From: Kofleriaceae bacterium
GTDB taxonomy: Bacteria; Myxococcota_A; Polyangia; Haliangiales; Haliangiaceae
Length of the DNA stretch: 47,119 nucleotides
Direction of reading: 5' to 3'
Assembly (NCBI GenBank): GCA_046597055.1
Contig: JBKJLC010000242.1
Coordinates: forward strand, 1-47,119
This document shows positions 39,107 to 47,119 of the stretch, in pieces. The position numbers and the translations under genes were made by a program. Position 1 is the stretch's first letter; every line of letters starts with the position of its first letter. The notes beneath the pieces are model-generated. The model made no database searches and was not told where the DNA came from. It worked only from the letters and a program-made list of their open reading frames with translations.

Positions 39107-41370
39107 AGCCGCCACCGCACCCCGGCCAGCACCAGGAACGGCAGCCCGGTCAGGTAGCCGCGGGTGGCGTAGTCGCCACTCCACACCAGCTCCTCGGCGT
39201 TGGCGCGACCGCTGACATTCTCGAGCTCGATGAAGGCGGCGATCTCGGTCGCACCGACGCGGACCCGGCGCTCGCCACGCAGGTCGATCTGCGCGAAGTC
39301 GGGCAGCCGGATGCCGTAGAGCGCGCCCGTGACCGGCTGATAGCGGCTGGCGCGCGCGTCCCAGAAGGCGGCGATCACGTCGGTCCGCGGCGCGCCGGTC
39401 GCGAACCGGATGCGCGTGCTCGCCAGCCACCGGCCGTGCTCGACGGTCGCCGCCAGCGTGAGCTGGTGGGTCTGGTCGTGCTCGAACCGCCGCCACGCCG
39501 CCGCATCGGCGTCACGACGCTCGCTGCGGCCCAGCCCGTACGCGATCCAGCCCGACAGGCCGCGCCAGCCGCGCAGACGCGCGACCAGCTCGGCGCCCAT
39601 CGCGCGACCGCGGCCGGCCTGGGTGAGCGTCGCCGCGAGCGGCGGCGTCGCCGACGGGTCGCGCGCGACCAGCTCGCCCAGGCGTCGGCCCCAGCCGGTG
39701 AGCTCGAGATCGGCGACGGCGACCCGCACGGTCGTGGTCACCGTCGCGTGCCAGGCGTGCTCGAGGGCCAGGGTCGGCGAGCCGAACACCGCGCTGGTGT
39801 CGTCGGGACGGCGGGTCTGGTGGTAGCGACCGACCGCGCCGGCGATCGCGACCCGACCGCGCCGCGCCGCCACCGCCAGCCGCGGGTCGGCGGTGACGAG
39901 GACCCGCTGGAACCCGATCCCGGGGGTCGAGCCGACCCGCGGCGTGCGCCGACTCGCGCCGAGGATCCAGGCGTCGGCGCGCAGCCCCGGGCTGACCGTG
40001 AACCAGTCGGTCACCCAGTCACTCTGGACGTACGCGCCGACGTCGCCGGTCAGCGCGGTCCAGCGGTCGGACGCCACGTCGTCGCCCGGCGGCTGCCCGA
40101 ACACCGAGAGGTCGCCTTCGCGGGTCGGGATCGACAGCGAGCCGTCGCGCCGGAGCACGGCGCGCGACCCGGTGGCGTCGATCCCGAGTAGCAGGACCAC
40201 CGGTCCCGCGGTGGTGCGACGTTCGGCGCGGACGCCGCCCGACCCCACCCGCTGGTGCAGCCCGGCGGGCACCGCCCCGAACCGCTGGTCGCGATCGTCG
40301 AGGTCGAGGCCAACCCACGCGCGCAGCCGGGCCTCGCCGTCGGCGAGCGTGCCGCGCCACGCCACCGACGCCCGCGCGAAGTCCTGACGCCGGTCGTCCG
40401 ACTTGGTCGCCGCCGGATCCATCGACGGCAGCGTCCGCTCCAGGCGATCGCCGCCCGCGAGGACGAGGACGTCGAGCCGATCGGCGCCGATCGGCACCTG
40501 CGCCACCAGCTGGGCATCGGCCCAGCGCGGGATCGGGATGCGCTCGGCGACCGCGGGATCGATCGCCTCGCCGACCACGCGGTCGAGGTAGCTCGCGCGC
40601 ACGCCGGCGGCGACCCGGGCCCGACCCACCCGCCCGGTGGCGACCACGCCGGTGTCGATGAAGTCGCTGGCGACCGTGACCGAGCGCGTCCCCGGCAGCT
40701 CGGCGGTCGTCACCCGGACCAGGCCGCCAGTGGCGCCGCTCCAGGGCGTCGCGAAGCCGGCGCGGTCGATCGCCAGCGTCGCGACCAGCTCGGTCGGGAT
40801 GATCGAGCGCCAGCCGCCGAGGTGGTACAGCGCGGGCACCGGCACGTCGTCGATGAGGATCGCGGTGTCCAGCGGGGCCGAGCCCCACACGACGATCTCG
40901 CGGGTCCCGGCCGCGGCCCGCGCAACCCCGGGCGTGCTCTGCACCGCCTTGAGCGCGTCGCCGCCGCTGCCGGCCTGCTGCGCCGCCCGGCGGGCATCGA
41001 TCGTCGTCTGCCCGGGTACCAGCGGCGCGGTGTCCTCGACCTCGACCGTCTCGCCGCCGTCGAGGTCGACCTCGACCGTGACGTCGAGCGTGCGGCGCTC
41101 GCCCGGCGCGAGCACCAGCTCGACCCGGGTGACCCGCACGTAGTCGGCCTCGACCACCACCGCGGTCGCACCGGGCGCGAGCTCGAGCGTGTAGCGCCCG
41201 GTCTCGTCGGTGAACGTGACGGTCGTCCCGGCGGTCACCTGCACGCCCGGCAACGGCTCGCCGCTGGCCGCATCGAGCACGCGGCCGGTCACGGTGGCCG
41301 GTGCCGGCTGCGCCTGCGCGCTTGCCGACGCGGTCGCGACCCCAGCGAGCGCGAGCCAGGCCCGGGTCAT
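39103..41370 (-). CDS. TonB-dependent receptor with N-terminal carboxypeptidase-regulatory-like domain
   Basis: VTGRVLDAASGEPLPGV, plug (ILIDDVPVPALYH), FEHDQTH and DLRGER. Confidence 0.9.
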   Translation of the reverse strand: MTRAWLALAGVATASASAQAQPAPATVTGRVLDAASGEPLPGVQVTAGTTVTFTDETGRYTLELAPGATAVVVEADYVRVTRVELVLAPGERRTLDVTVEVDLDGGETVEVEDTAPLVPGQTTIDARRAAQQAGSGGDALKAVQSTPGVARAAAGTREIVVWGSAPLDTAILIDDVPVPALYHLGGWRSIIPTELVATLAIDRAGFATPWSGATGGLVRVTTAELPGTRSVTVASDFIDTGVVATGRVGRARVAAGVRASYLDRVVGEAIDPAVAERIPIPRWADAQLVAQVPIGADRLDVLVLAGGDRLERTLPSMDPAATKSDDRRQDFARASVAWRGTLADGEARLRAWVGLDLDDRDQRFGAVPAGLHQRVGSGGVRAERRTTAGPVVLLLGIDATGSRAVLRRDGSLSIPTREGDLSVFGQPPGDDVASDRWTALTGDVGAYVQSDWVTDWFTVSPGLRADAWILGASRRTPRVGSTPGIGFQRVLVTADPRLAVAARRGRVAIAGAVGRYHQTRRPDDTSAVFGSPTLALEHAWHATVTTTVRVAVADLELTGWGRRLGELVARDPSATPPLAATLTQAGRGRAMGAELVARLRGWRGLSGWIAYGLGRSERRDADAAAWRRFEHDQTHQLTLAATVEHGRWLASTRIRFATGAPRTDVIAAFWDARASRYQPVTGALYGIRLPDFAQIDLRGERRVRVGATEIAAFIELENVSGRANAEELVWSGDYATRGYLTGLPFLVLAGVRWRL

Positions 41371-42260
41371 GGCGGGAGATCGAGCTCGATCGCCGTGATG
41401 CCGGCGCCGGTCCCGTGCGGCAACCGGGTGTGATCGACCGTCGCGATCCCGGCCGCGGTCGCGAGCGGCTCGAGCCCGCCGTCGCGATAGACGGCCGCAT
41501 ACCAGTACCCGACGGCGTCCCCGCACAGCGAGCGCGCGTCGACCCGCACCAGGTACCGACCGGCCGGTGGCGGTACCGACCAGATCACGTGCTCGCGCGG
41601 GCGCGGATCGCGCCGGCACGCGCGGTTCCCGTCGTGGTCGAGGCGCCCGCCGGACCGCCACGCGATCGGATCGGACGGGGTGCCCGGCGGCGGTGGCTCC
41701 CATGTGTTGGGGTCGCCCGCCCACGCCTCGCCGCCGTCGGGCGCGACCACGTGCAGATCCAGATCGGCGGCGCCGCTCCAGCCGAGCGCGATCACCAGCT
41801 CACCGGCCGGTGGCGGAAGGTCGTCGGCGACCAGCGCGAGCGCGCGCGGCGCCCCGGGCCGACCGGCGGCGTCGACCGCGAGCAGGCGCAGCGTGATCGG
41901 CCCGAGCGGCACCGACGCCGCCAGCGCCAGCTCGAGAGCAAAGCTCGGCTGATCGGGCGCGTCGACGCTGGGCGGTCCCGCGGGGACGATCCAGCCGCCG
42001 TCGTCACCGTCGAGGCCGACCCACAGCGCGGTCGCGCCGGCACCGAGCGCGCCGGCCACGCGCTGGCCGCTGGCGTCGCGCAGCAGGGTCGCCCGCTGCG
42101 ACAGCACGCTCTCGACCGCGGGCCCATTGGCGGCAGCCGGGGCCGGGCCCGGCCGCCACTGCGCGCCCTCGACCTGCAGCAGCGCGTCGTAGCCGGGATC
42201 GGGCGACGCGCTCGTGCAGGCGACCAGCGCGAGCGTGACCGTGGCCCCGAGGCGACGCAT
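41367..42260 (-). CDS. Lipoprotein with YfaP/DUF2135-like C-terminal domain
   Basis: LVAC lipobox; LGWSGAADLDLHVVAPDG, LDHDGN, EHVIW and GRYLVRV. Confidence 0.75.
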   Translation of the reverse strand: MRRLGATVTLALVACTSASPDPGYDALLQVEGAQWRPGPAPAAANGPAVESVLSQRATLLRDASGQRVAGALGAGATALWVGLDGDDGGWIVPAGPPSVDAPDQPSFALELALAASVPLGPITLRLLAVDAAGRPGAPRALALVADDLPPPAGELVIALGWSGAADLDLHVVAPDGGEAWAGDPNTWEPPPPGTPSDPIAWRSGGRLDHDGNRACRRDPRPREHVIWSVPPPAGRYLVRVDARSLCGDAVGYWYAAVYRDGGLEPLATAAGIATVDHTRLPHGTGAGITAIELDLPP

Positions 42261-43540
42261 CAGAAGCTCACCTGAGCCCGCACCGTGACCCGATCGGCGG
42301 CGACCGTGGTCGGCGCGCCGTCGAGCCCGCGGCCGCGCGGGTTGTCCTCGTGGGCGTACTGCAGGATCAGGCGCGCGTGAGCGGTGTGCGCCTCCGCGGC
42401 CACCGCCAGGGTGCGATAGCGCGGATCGGTCGGGACGATCATCGCGCCCTGTGCCTCGCTGGCATCGCGGTCCGGCCGGTACTCGTCGTAGCGCACGGCG
42501 ATCTGACCGTGCGGGGTGATCGCCTGCACCACCATCACCTGCCAGCCGAGCTCGCGCAGATCGCGATCGGCCGCGATCGGGTCGGCGTACTCCCGCCCGC
42601 GATCGAGGTTGGTCGCGAGCGAGACCTCGACCGACAGCTCGCCGCGACCCAGCGCGCACAGGCACCAGCCGATCGCCAGATCGGCCCCCACCGCCGCGTG
42701 ATCGAAGCGCTCCGACGGCGTGGCCGGCGCGCCGCTGGTGGGGACCAGCTCGGTGATCTGGACGATGCCGTCCTCGTTGCCGTCGACCCACTCGACGTCG
42801 TCCTTGATCGCCGGCGTACCGGGATGAAGGCCGCGCCCGGTGAGCGCCGACACCCCGCCGGCGACGATCACCAGCTCGCCGAGCTGACCGCGGGCGCCGG
42901 CTCGACCGACCAGGTCCCAGCTCGACGACGGGTCCCGACCCTTGAACTGGGCATCGCCCGACGGCGCACTGTTGGTGAGCGCGACGGCCAGCTCCACGCC
43001 GCGCCACGCCGCGGTCGCCAATACGCCCCCGTCGTAGCTGCCCGGGAACAGCGCGCGTCCGGCCGCCCCGGCCTCGAGCATCACCCGGTCCTGGTCCGAC
43101 TGGGGCACGTCTCGGCCGAAGGGCACCTTGAAGACCCCGAGCGCGAGGGAGGCGTCGACCCCGTGCTGCTGCCAGCGCGCGCCGGCCCGCGCCGAGATGA
43201 TGCGCGCGGTGGGGCCGTCGATCGTGTTGCCATCGAGCTCGAGTCGCCCGAACAGCTCGTCACGGGTGACCTCGGCCTTGAGGCGCGCCCGCCGCACGAG
43301 GACCCGCTCCTGGTTGAGCGGGTCGCCGTCCACACCCAACTCGTCGACCGAGCCCTGGTCCCACGGGATCAGATCGGTCTGCAGGTAGCCCGAGATCGGC
43401 GACGGCGTCGGCGCCGGCTCGGGCTCGGCAGACGCTGGGCCCGCCGACGCGGTCAGGACTACGGCAGCGCCGGCAACCCACCATCGGGCAGCAGCAGCGG
43501 CAGGGTCGGCGTCTTGTAGATCTTCTCGGCCGTGGTGCAC
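42260..43540 (-). CDS. OprO/OprP-like outer-membrane porin; start uncertain
   Basis: GYLQ, VRRARL, GVFKVPFG and LE...RALFPG motifs; C-terminal Phe. The nearest in-frame GTG is at 43540, inside the upstream gene. Confidence 0.78.
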   Translation of the reverse strand: MHHGREDLQDADPAAAAARWWVAGAAVVLTASAGPASAEPEPAPTPSPISGYLQTDLIPWDQGSVDELGVDGDPLNQERVLVRRARLKAEVTRDELFGRLELDGNTIDGPTARIISARAGARWQQHGVDASLALGVFKVPFGRDVPQSDQDRVMLEAGAAGRALFPGSYDGGVLATAAWRGVELAVALTNSAPSGDAQFKGRDPSSSWDLVGRAGARGQLGELVIVAGGVSALTGRGLHPGTPAIKDDVEWVDGNEDGIVQITELVPTSGAPATPSERFDHAAVGADLAIGWCLCALGRGELSVEVSLATNLDRGREYADPIAADRDLRELGWQVMVVQAITPHGQIAVRYDEYRPDRDASEAQGAMIVPTDPRYRTLAVAAEAHTAHARLILQYAHEDNPRGRGLDGAPTTVAADRVTVRAQVSF

Positions 43541-43710
43541 GCGTTGATGATCTCCTGGTGCGTCTGCGGATTGGTGATGCACGCCGCGTCGGACTCACCG
43601 GCGCCAGCGTCGGTGGCGGCGTCTCCACCCCGAGCGTCGGGGCTGTCGGCACCATCGTCACCGCAGCCCACCGCCAGCACAACCATCACGGACAGGAACA
43701 GCGCGCGCAT
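43459..43710 (-). CDS. Small lipoprotein (83 aa)
   Basis: AVGC lipobox, CITNP...IINAC and LPLLLPDGGLPALP tail. SD GAGG upstream. Confidence 0.78.
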   Translation of the reverse strand: MRALFLSVMVVLAVGCGDDGADSPDARGGDAATDAGAGESDAACITNPQTHQEIINACTTAEKIYKTPTLPLLLPDGGLPALP

Positions 43711-43712
43711 GG

Positions 43713-44954
43713 TCACCTCGCCTCGCAGAAGCCGTTGCGGCAGACGCCGGTCGCGCACGCGGTGGTTGGACTGCACGTCGCGCAGGACGTCGTCGCGGTC
43801 TGGCTCTCGAAGTAGCAGGTGCAGTCCTCGGCCGGCGTGTAGGACGACAGATTGCCGCCCTCCGAAGCGCGCTGGACCTTCATGGCGCAGTCCGGGACGA
43901 GCCCGTTGTGCATCACGACGTTGGTCGCGTTGAAGTTCGGCGTCGGGGTGACGGTGCGGCCGAGGATCAGATCGATGACGTACTTCGCGCGCACATTGTC
44001 GATCACGGCGCCGGTCTGCCGGGTCAGGTAGACAGTCGGCGACCACACCGTGTAGTGGCCATCCCGCACGTTCTGCTTGTCGAGCGAGCTGGCCGACGAG
44101 TCGGGAAAGTAGGCCGCCCACTGCCCGAAGCCCCGGAACGCGAGCACGTCGAGCTCGTTGCGGAACTGGTCGTAGACCTCCGCGCCGAGGATGCCAATCG
44201 CCTTCTCGGGGGTCGTCGAACCGCGCAGCGCGTTGACCACCATCGTCGAGCTGTCGTGGCGGATGCCCTTCCACTTCGTCACCGGGACCACGCCGAGGTT
44301 GTACGCCCACGACAGCAGCGTGCTCTTGCTGTTGGTGCGGCCCTGCATCTGCGATTCGTCGTCCCACGGCGTGATCATGCCGGCCTGGCCGAAGCCGAAG
44401 ACGAAGTACGCCTCCTCGGCGGTGATCGCGCTCTGCGTGCTCGCCTCAGGCACCGCCATGACGTAGGCCTGCACCGGCCCGTTGAAGACCGCGATGTCGG
44501 CGGGCACCGGATTGGTGTCACAGGCGCTGATGAAGACGTTGGAGTTCGCGATGTCCGCGATCGCCCCCCCGGTCGGTGGCGTGCACGGCAGGGCCGCCAT
44601 CGCGGGCGTCCACCCGGCGTTCTCCGCGGTCGACGGGACGTAGAGCAGGTTGGTCGTGATCGGCGTATCGGCGTAGATCGCCTGGATGTTCACGCATGAG
44701 CCGGACGTGACGTAGACGAGGGTGGTCGGGTTGGCGGTGTTGTCCCGCAGCGCCCGAGCCAGCTCCTTGATCAGCGGCTGCTGGGTGTCGCCGATCTGGA
44801 GGTAGACGACGTTGCCGAGATCCTGGCACCGCGGCACCGGCTGGGCCTCGGCGTGGCCGCCCGGCAGCGCCGCGCCGCCGACCGCCACCAACCCGGCGGC
44901 AAGCCCCGCGGTCGCCAGCGTACGTCTCACCTTCGAAGCCACGCGCGCGCCCAT
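43713..44954 (-). CDS. Secreted PstS-like (type II periplasmic binding fold) protein with Cys-rich C-terminus
   Basis: GSC, DIANSNV, ITAEEAYFVFG, RTNSKST and AIGIL parallel the conserved PstS blocks. SD AGGAGG upstream. Confidence 0.7.
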   Translation of the reverse strand: MGARVASKVRRTLATAGLAAGLVAVGGAALPGGHAEAQPVPRCQDLGNVVYLQIGDTQQPLIKELARALRDNTANPTTLVYVTSGSCVNIQAIYADTPITTNLLYVPSTAENAGWTPAMAALPCTPPTGGAIADIANSNVFISACDTNPVPADIAVFNGPVQAYVMAVPEASTQSAITAEEAYFVFGFGQAGMITPWDDESQMQGRTNSKSTLLSWAYNLGVVPVTKWKGIRHDSSTMVVNALRGSTTPEKAIGILGAEVYDQFRNELDVLAFRGFGQWAAYFPDSSASSLDKQNVRDGHYTVWSPTVYLTRQTGAVIDNVRAKYVIDLILGRTVTPTPNFNATNVVMHNGLVPDCAMKVQRASEGGNLSSYTPAEDCTCYFESQTATTSCATCSPTTACATGVCRNGFCEAR

Positions 44955-45005
44955 GAATCCTCCTGGGGCGCAGCCTTCGCAAGCTGCGTGCCGCGCCCCG
45001 ACTCG

Positions 45006-45073
45006 AGGATAGAGGCGACCGAACGCCCGACCCATTACACCCGCCCTACAGCCTGGTTACACCCCGATTACAT
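45006..45073 (-). promoter_or_regulatory. Four Pho-box-like direct repeats at 11-bp periodicity plus -10 TATCCT
   Basis: Minus-strand ATGTAAT, GTGTAAC, CTGTAGG and GTGTAAT begin at 45073, 45062, 45051 and 45040. TATCCT is at 45011-45006. Confidence 0.75.
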
Positions 45074-45121
45074 CGACGGATGGCGTGGGGTGGTGGGTCG
45101 CCATCCGCACCCCCACCGGCG

Positions 45122-46993
45122 CTACAGGCCGCGCAGCATGACGTCGGCGAGCGCCTTGCTGAACCGGTCGGGATCCGGGACCTGGCCGGAGTCGGCCAGG
45201 TAGGCCTGGCCCAGCAAGAGCTGCGCATACACGGCCAGTCGCGGATCCGCGGCGTCCTCGGTCGCGATCGCCTGCAGCTTCGGCAACAGCGGATGGCCGG
45301 GGTTGAGCTCGAGGATCGGCAGCGCGTTGGGCGCCGGCTGACCGAGTTGCTCCAGCATCTTCTGCATGCGCGGGCTGAGGTCGTGCTCGTCAGCCACCAG
45401 ACACGCGGGCGACGAGGTCAGGCGCCCCGACAGCCGCACCTCCTTGACGTGGGCCTGCAACGCCGCCTTGAAGCTGGTGAGCAGCTCGCCGAGCTCGCGC
45501 TGTTTCTCGTCGATCGCGGCCGCCGACTGCTTGCGCTCCTCCTCGGAGCCGAGCTTCACGTCGCCGCGGCCGATCGACTGCATGGGCTTGTCCTTGAACC
45601 GGGGCGCCCGCTCCAGCCAGATCTCGTCGACCGGGTCGGAGAACAGCAGGACCTCGTAGCCCTTGGCCGCGAAGGCCTCGAGCAGCGGCGAGCGCGCCGC
45701 CGCCTCCTTGGTCGGCCCGGTCAGGAAGTAGATCGCCTCCTGGCCCTCCTTCATGCGCCCGACGTAGTCGTCGAGCGAGGTCAGCGCGGTCGCGTCATGG
45801 GTCGACGACGTGATGACCAGGTCGAGCAGCTTGTCCTTGTCCTGGGTGTCGTAGTTGGCGAGCCCCTCCTTGATCACCGGGCCGAACGCGGCCCAGCAGG
45901 TGAGGTACTCGCTCGCGCTATCACGCTTCATCTCGTCGAGCGTCGACAGCACCCGGCGCACCAGCTGCTTGCGGATCACCGGAATCTGCCGGTCCTTCTG
46001 CAGGATCTCGCGCGACACGTTGAGCGACAGATCGTGGGCATCGACCACGCCCTTGATGAAGCGCAGGTGCGACGGCATCAGCTCCTTGCACTCGTCCATC
46101 ACGAACACGCGCTTCACGTAGAGCTGGAGGCCGCGCTTCATCTCCGGGCTGTACAGATCGAACGGCGGGCTGGCCGGGATGTACAGCAGCGCGTAGGCCT
46201 CGAGCGTGCCCTCCATCTTCACCGGGATGGTCCGCAGCGGCGGGGTCCAGTCGTGCGAGATGTGGCGATAGAACTCGTGGTACTCGGTCTCCGCCACCTC
46301 GCTCTTGGGGCGAAACCAGATCGCCTTCATCGAGTTGAGCGTCGCCTCGCCGTGCCGGATCGGATACGCGACGAAGTCCGAGTAGCGCTTGACGATCTCC
46401 TTCAGGATCGACTCGCTGGTGTAGTCCTTCAGGCCGTGCTCGACGTCCTCGGCCTTGAGGTGGAGCGTCACGGTGGTGCCGGCGTGCTCGCGCTCGGCGT
46501 CGGCGACCGTGTAGCTGCCGTCGCCGGTCGACTCCCACCGGGTGGCCTGGTCGGCGCCGGCGCGCCGGGTCACCAGCGTGATCCGGTCGGCGACCATGAA
46601 CGCCGCGTAGAAGCCGACCCCGAACTGGCCGATCAGCTCGGGCGGGACCTCCTTGCGCTGCGCGTCCTTGACCGTGGCCAGGAACTCGCGCGTGCCTGAC
46701 TTGGCGATGGTGCCGATGCTGCGGATCACCTCGTCGCGGGTCATCCCGATCCCGTTGTCGCTGACCGACAGGGTGCGGGCCGCCTTGTCGACCTCGAGCC
46801 GGACCTGGGCCTCGTCGGGGGCGGCCAGGTCGGCGTTGGTCAGCTGCTCGAAGCGCCGCTTGTCGAGCGCGTCCGACGCGTTCGAGATCAGCTCGCGCAG
46901 GAAGACGTCCTTGTCGGAGTACAGCGAGTGGACCATGAGGTCGAGGAGCTGCTTCACCTCGGCCTGGAATTCGTGACGTTCGGGTTGGCTCAT
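45122..46993 (-). CDS. htpG: Molecular chaperone HtpG (Hsp90)
   Basis: FQAEVKQLL, FLRELISNASDA, DNGIGM, IGQFGVGFY and LNVSREILQ. Confidence 0.97.
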   Translation of the reverse strand: MSQPERHEFQAEVKQLLDLMVHSLYSDKDVFLRELISNASDALDKRRFEQLTNADLAAPDEAQVRLEVDKAARTLSVSDNGIGMTRDEVIRSIGTIAKSGTREFLATVKDAQRKEVPPELIGQFGVGFYAAFMVADRITLVTRRAGADQATRWESTGDGSYTVADAEREHAGTTVTLHLKAEDVEHGLKDYTSESILKEIVKRYSDFVAYPIRHGEATLNSMKAIWFRPKSEVAETEYHEFYRHISHDWTPPLRTIPVKMEGTLEAYALLYIPASPPFDLYSPEMKRGLQLYVKRVFVMDECKELMPSHLRFIKGVVDAHDLSLNVSREILQKDRQIPVIRKQLVRRVLSTLDEMKRDSASEYLTCWAAFGPVIKEGLANYDTQDKDKLLDLVITSSTHDATALTSLDDYVGRMKEGQEAIYFLTGPTKEAAARSPLLEAFAAKGYEVLLFSDPVDEIWLERAPRFKDKPMQSIGRGDVKLGSEEERKQSAAAIDEKQRELGELLTSFKAALQAHVKEVRLSGRLTSSPACLVADEHDLSPRMQKMLEQLGQPAPNALPILELNPGHPLLPKLQAIATEDAADPRLAVYAQLLLGQAYLADSGQVPDPDRFSKALADVMLRGL

Positions 46994-47009
46994 GACGTGG
47001 TGACGAACC

Positions 47010-47037
47010 GATAAGCCCGGGCGCCTTCGCACGCAAG
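47010..47037 (-). promoter_or_regulatory. Possible heat-shock (RpoH-like) promoter for htpG
   Basis: CTTG-N18-CTTATC on the minus strand, 16 nt before the htpG ATG. Confidence 0.3.
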
Positions 47038-47088
47038 TCGCGGTGCCCGCCCCGGGCCAACTTCTGTCATGGCGGAGACACGTCCGCC

Positions 47089-47118
47089 TTGACAGACAAT
47101 CCGTTATAACGGATGGTC
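47089..47118 (+). promoter_or_regulatory. TTGACA -35 box followed by a palindromic operator, for a gene beyond the window
   Basis: TTGACA at 47089-47094; perfect 16-bp palindrome ATCCGTTATAACGGAT at 47099-47114, extendable to GAC...GTC at 47095-47118. Confidence 0.7.
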
Positions 47119-47119
47119 A

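Noticed and set aside
47064..47070. Single CTGTCAT Pho half-site
   Set aside because: No partner repeat at 11-bp spacing.

Overview
A very GC-rich, gene-dense bacterial chromosomal segment with about 46 CDSs. It is almost certainly from Myxococcota, inferred from MYXO-CTERM-type tails, PEGA and DUF2330-like proteins, many Cys-rich lipoproteins and a myxobacterial-type Ser/Thr kinase. Housekeeping genes include prfC, a sulfate-assimilation/siroheme operon (APS reductase cysH, split cysG/cobA, sulfite reductase), uppP, an enoyl-CoA hydratase, HMG-CoA lyase and htpG. I found no rRNA, tRNA, CRISPR array or mobile element. The best candidate for an undescribed system is a translationally coupled 7-gene minus-strand operon at 44954->37029. 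It encodes a divergent PstS-like binding protein, a small lipoprotein, an OprO/P-like porin with an EF-hand-like loop, a YfaP-like lipoprotein, a TonB-dependent receptor, its partner lipoprotein and an MFS permease. Four TGTAA/TGTAG repeats at exact 11-bp spacing (Pho-box-like) lie upstream. Other notable signals: an ECF sigma/FecR module whose putative promoter motif (CTGCGAC-N17/18-CACTAAC) occurs twice; a shared ATCC-N8-GGAT palindrome at the cys operon and at the window end; a mini porin-cytochrome pair; a sigma54-driven TonB receptor; and many apparently leaderless genes. All family calls are by eye from motifs; no searches were run.
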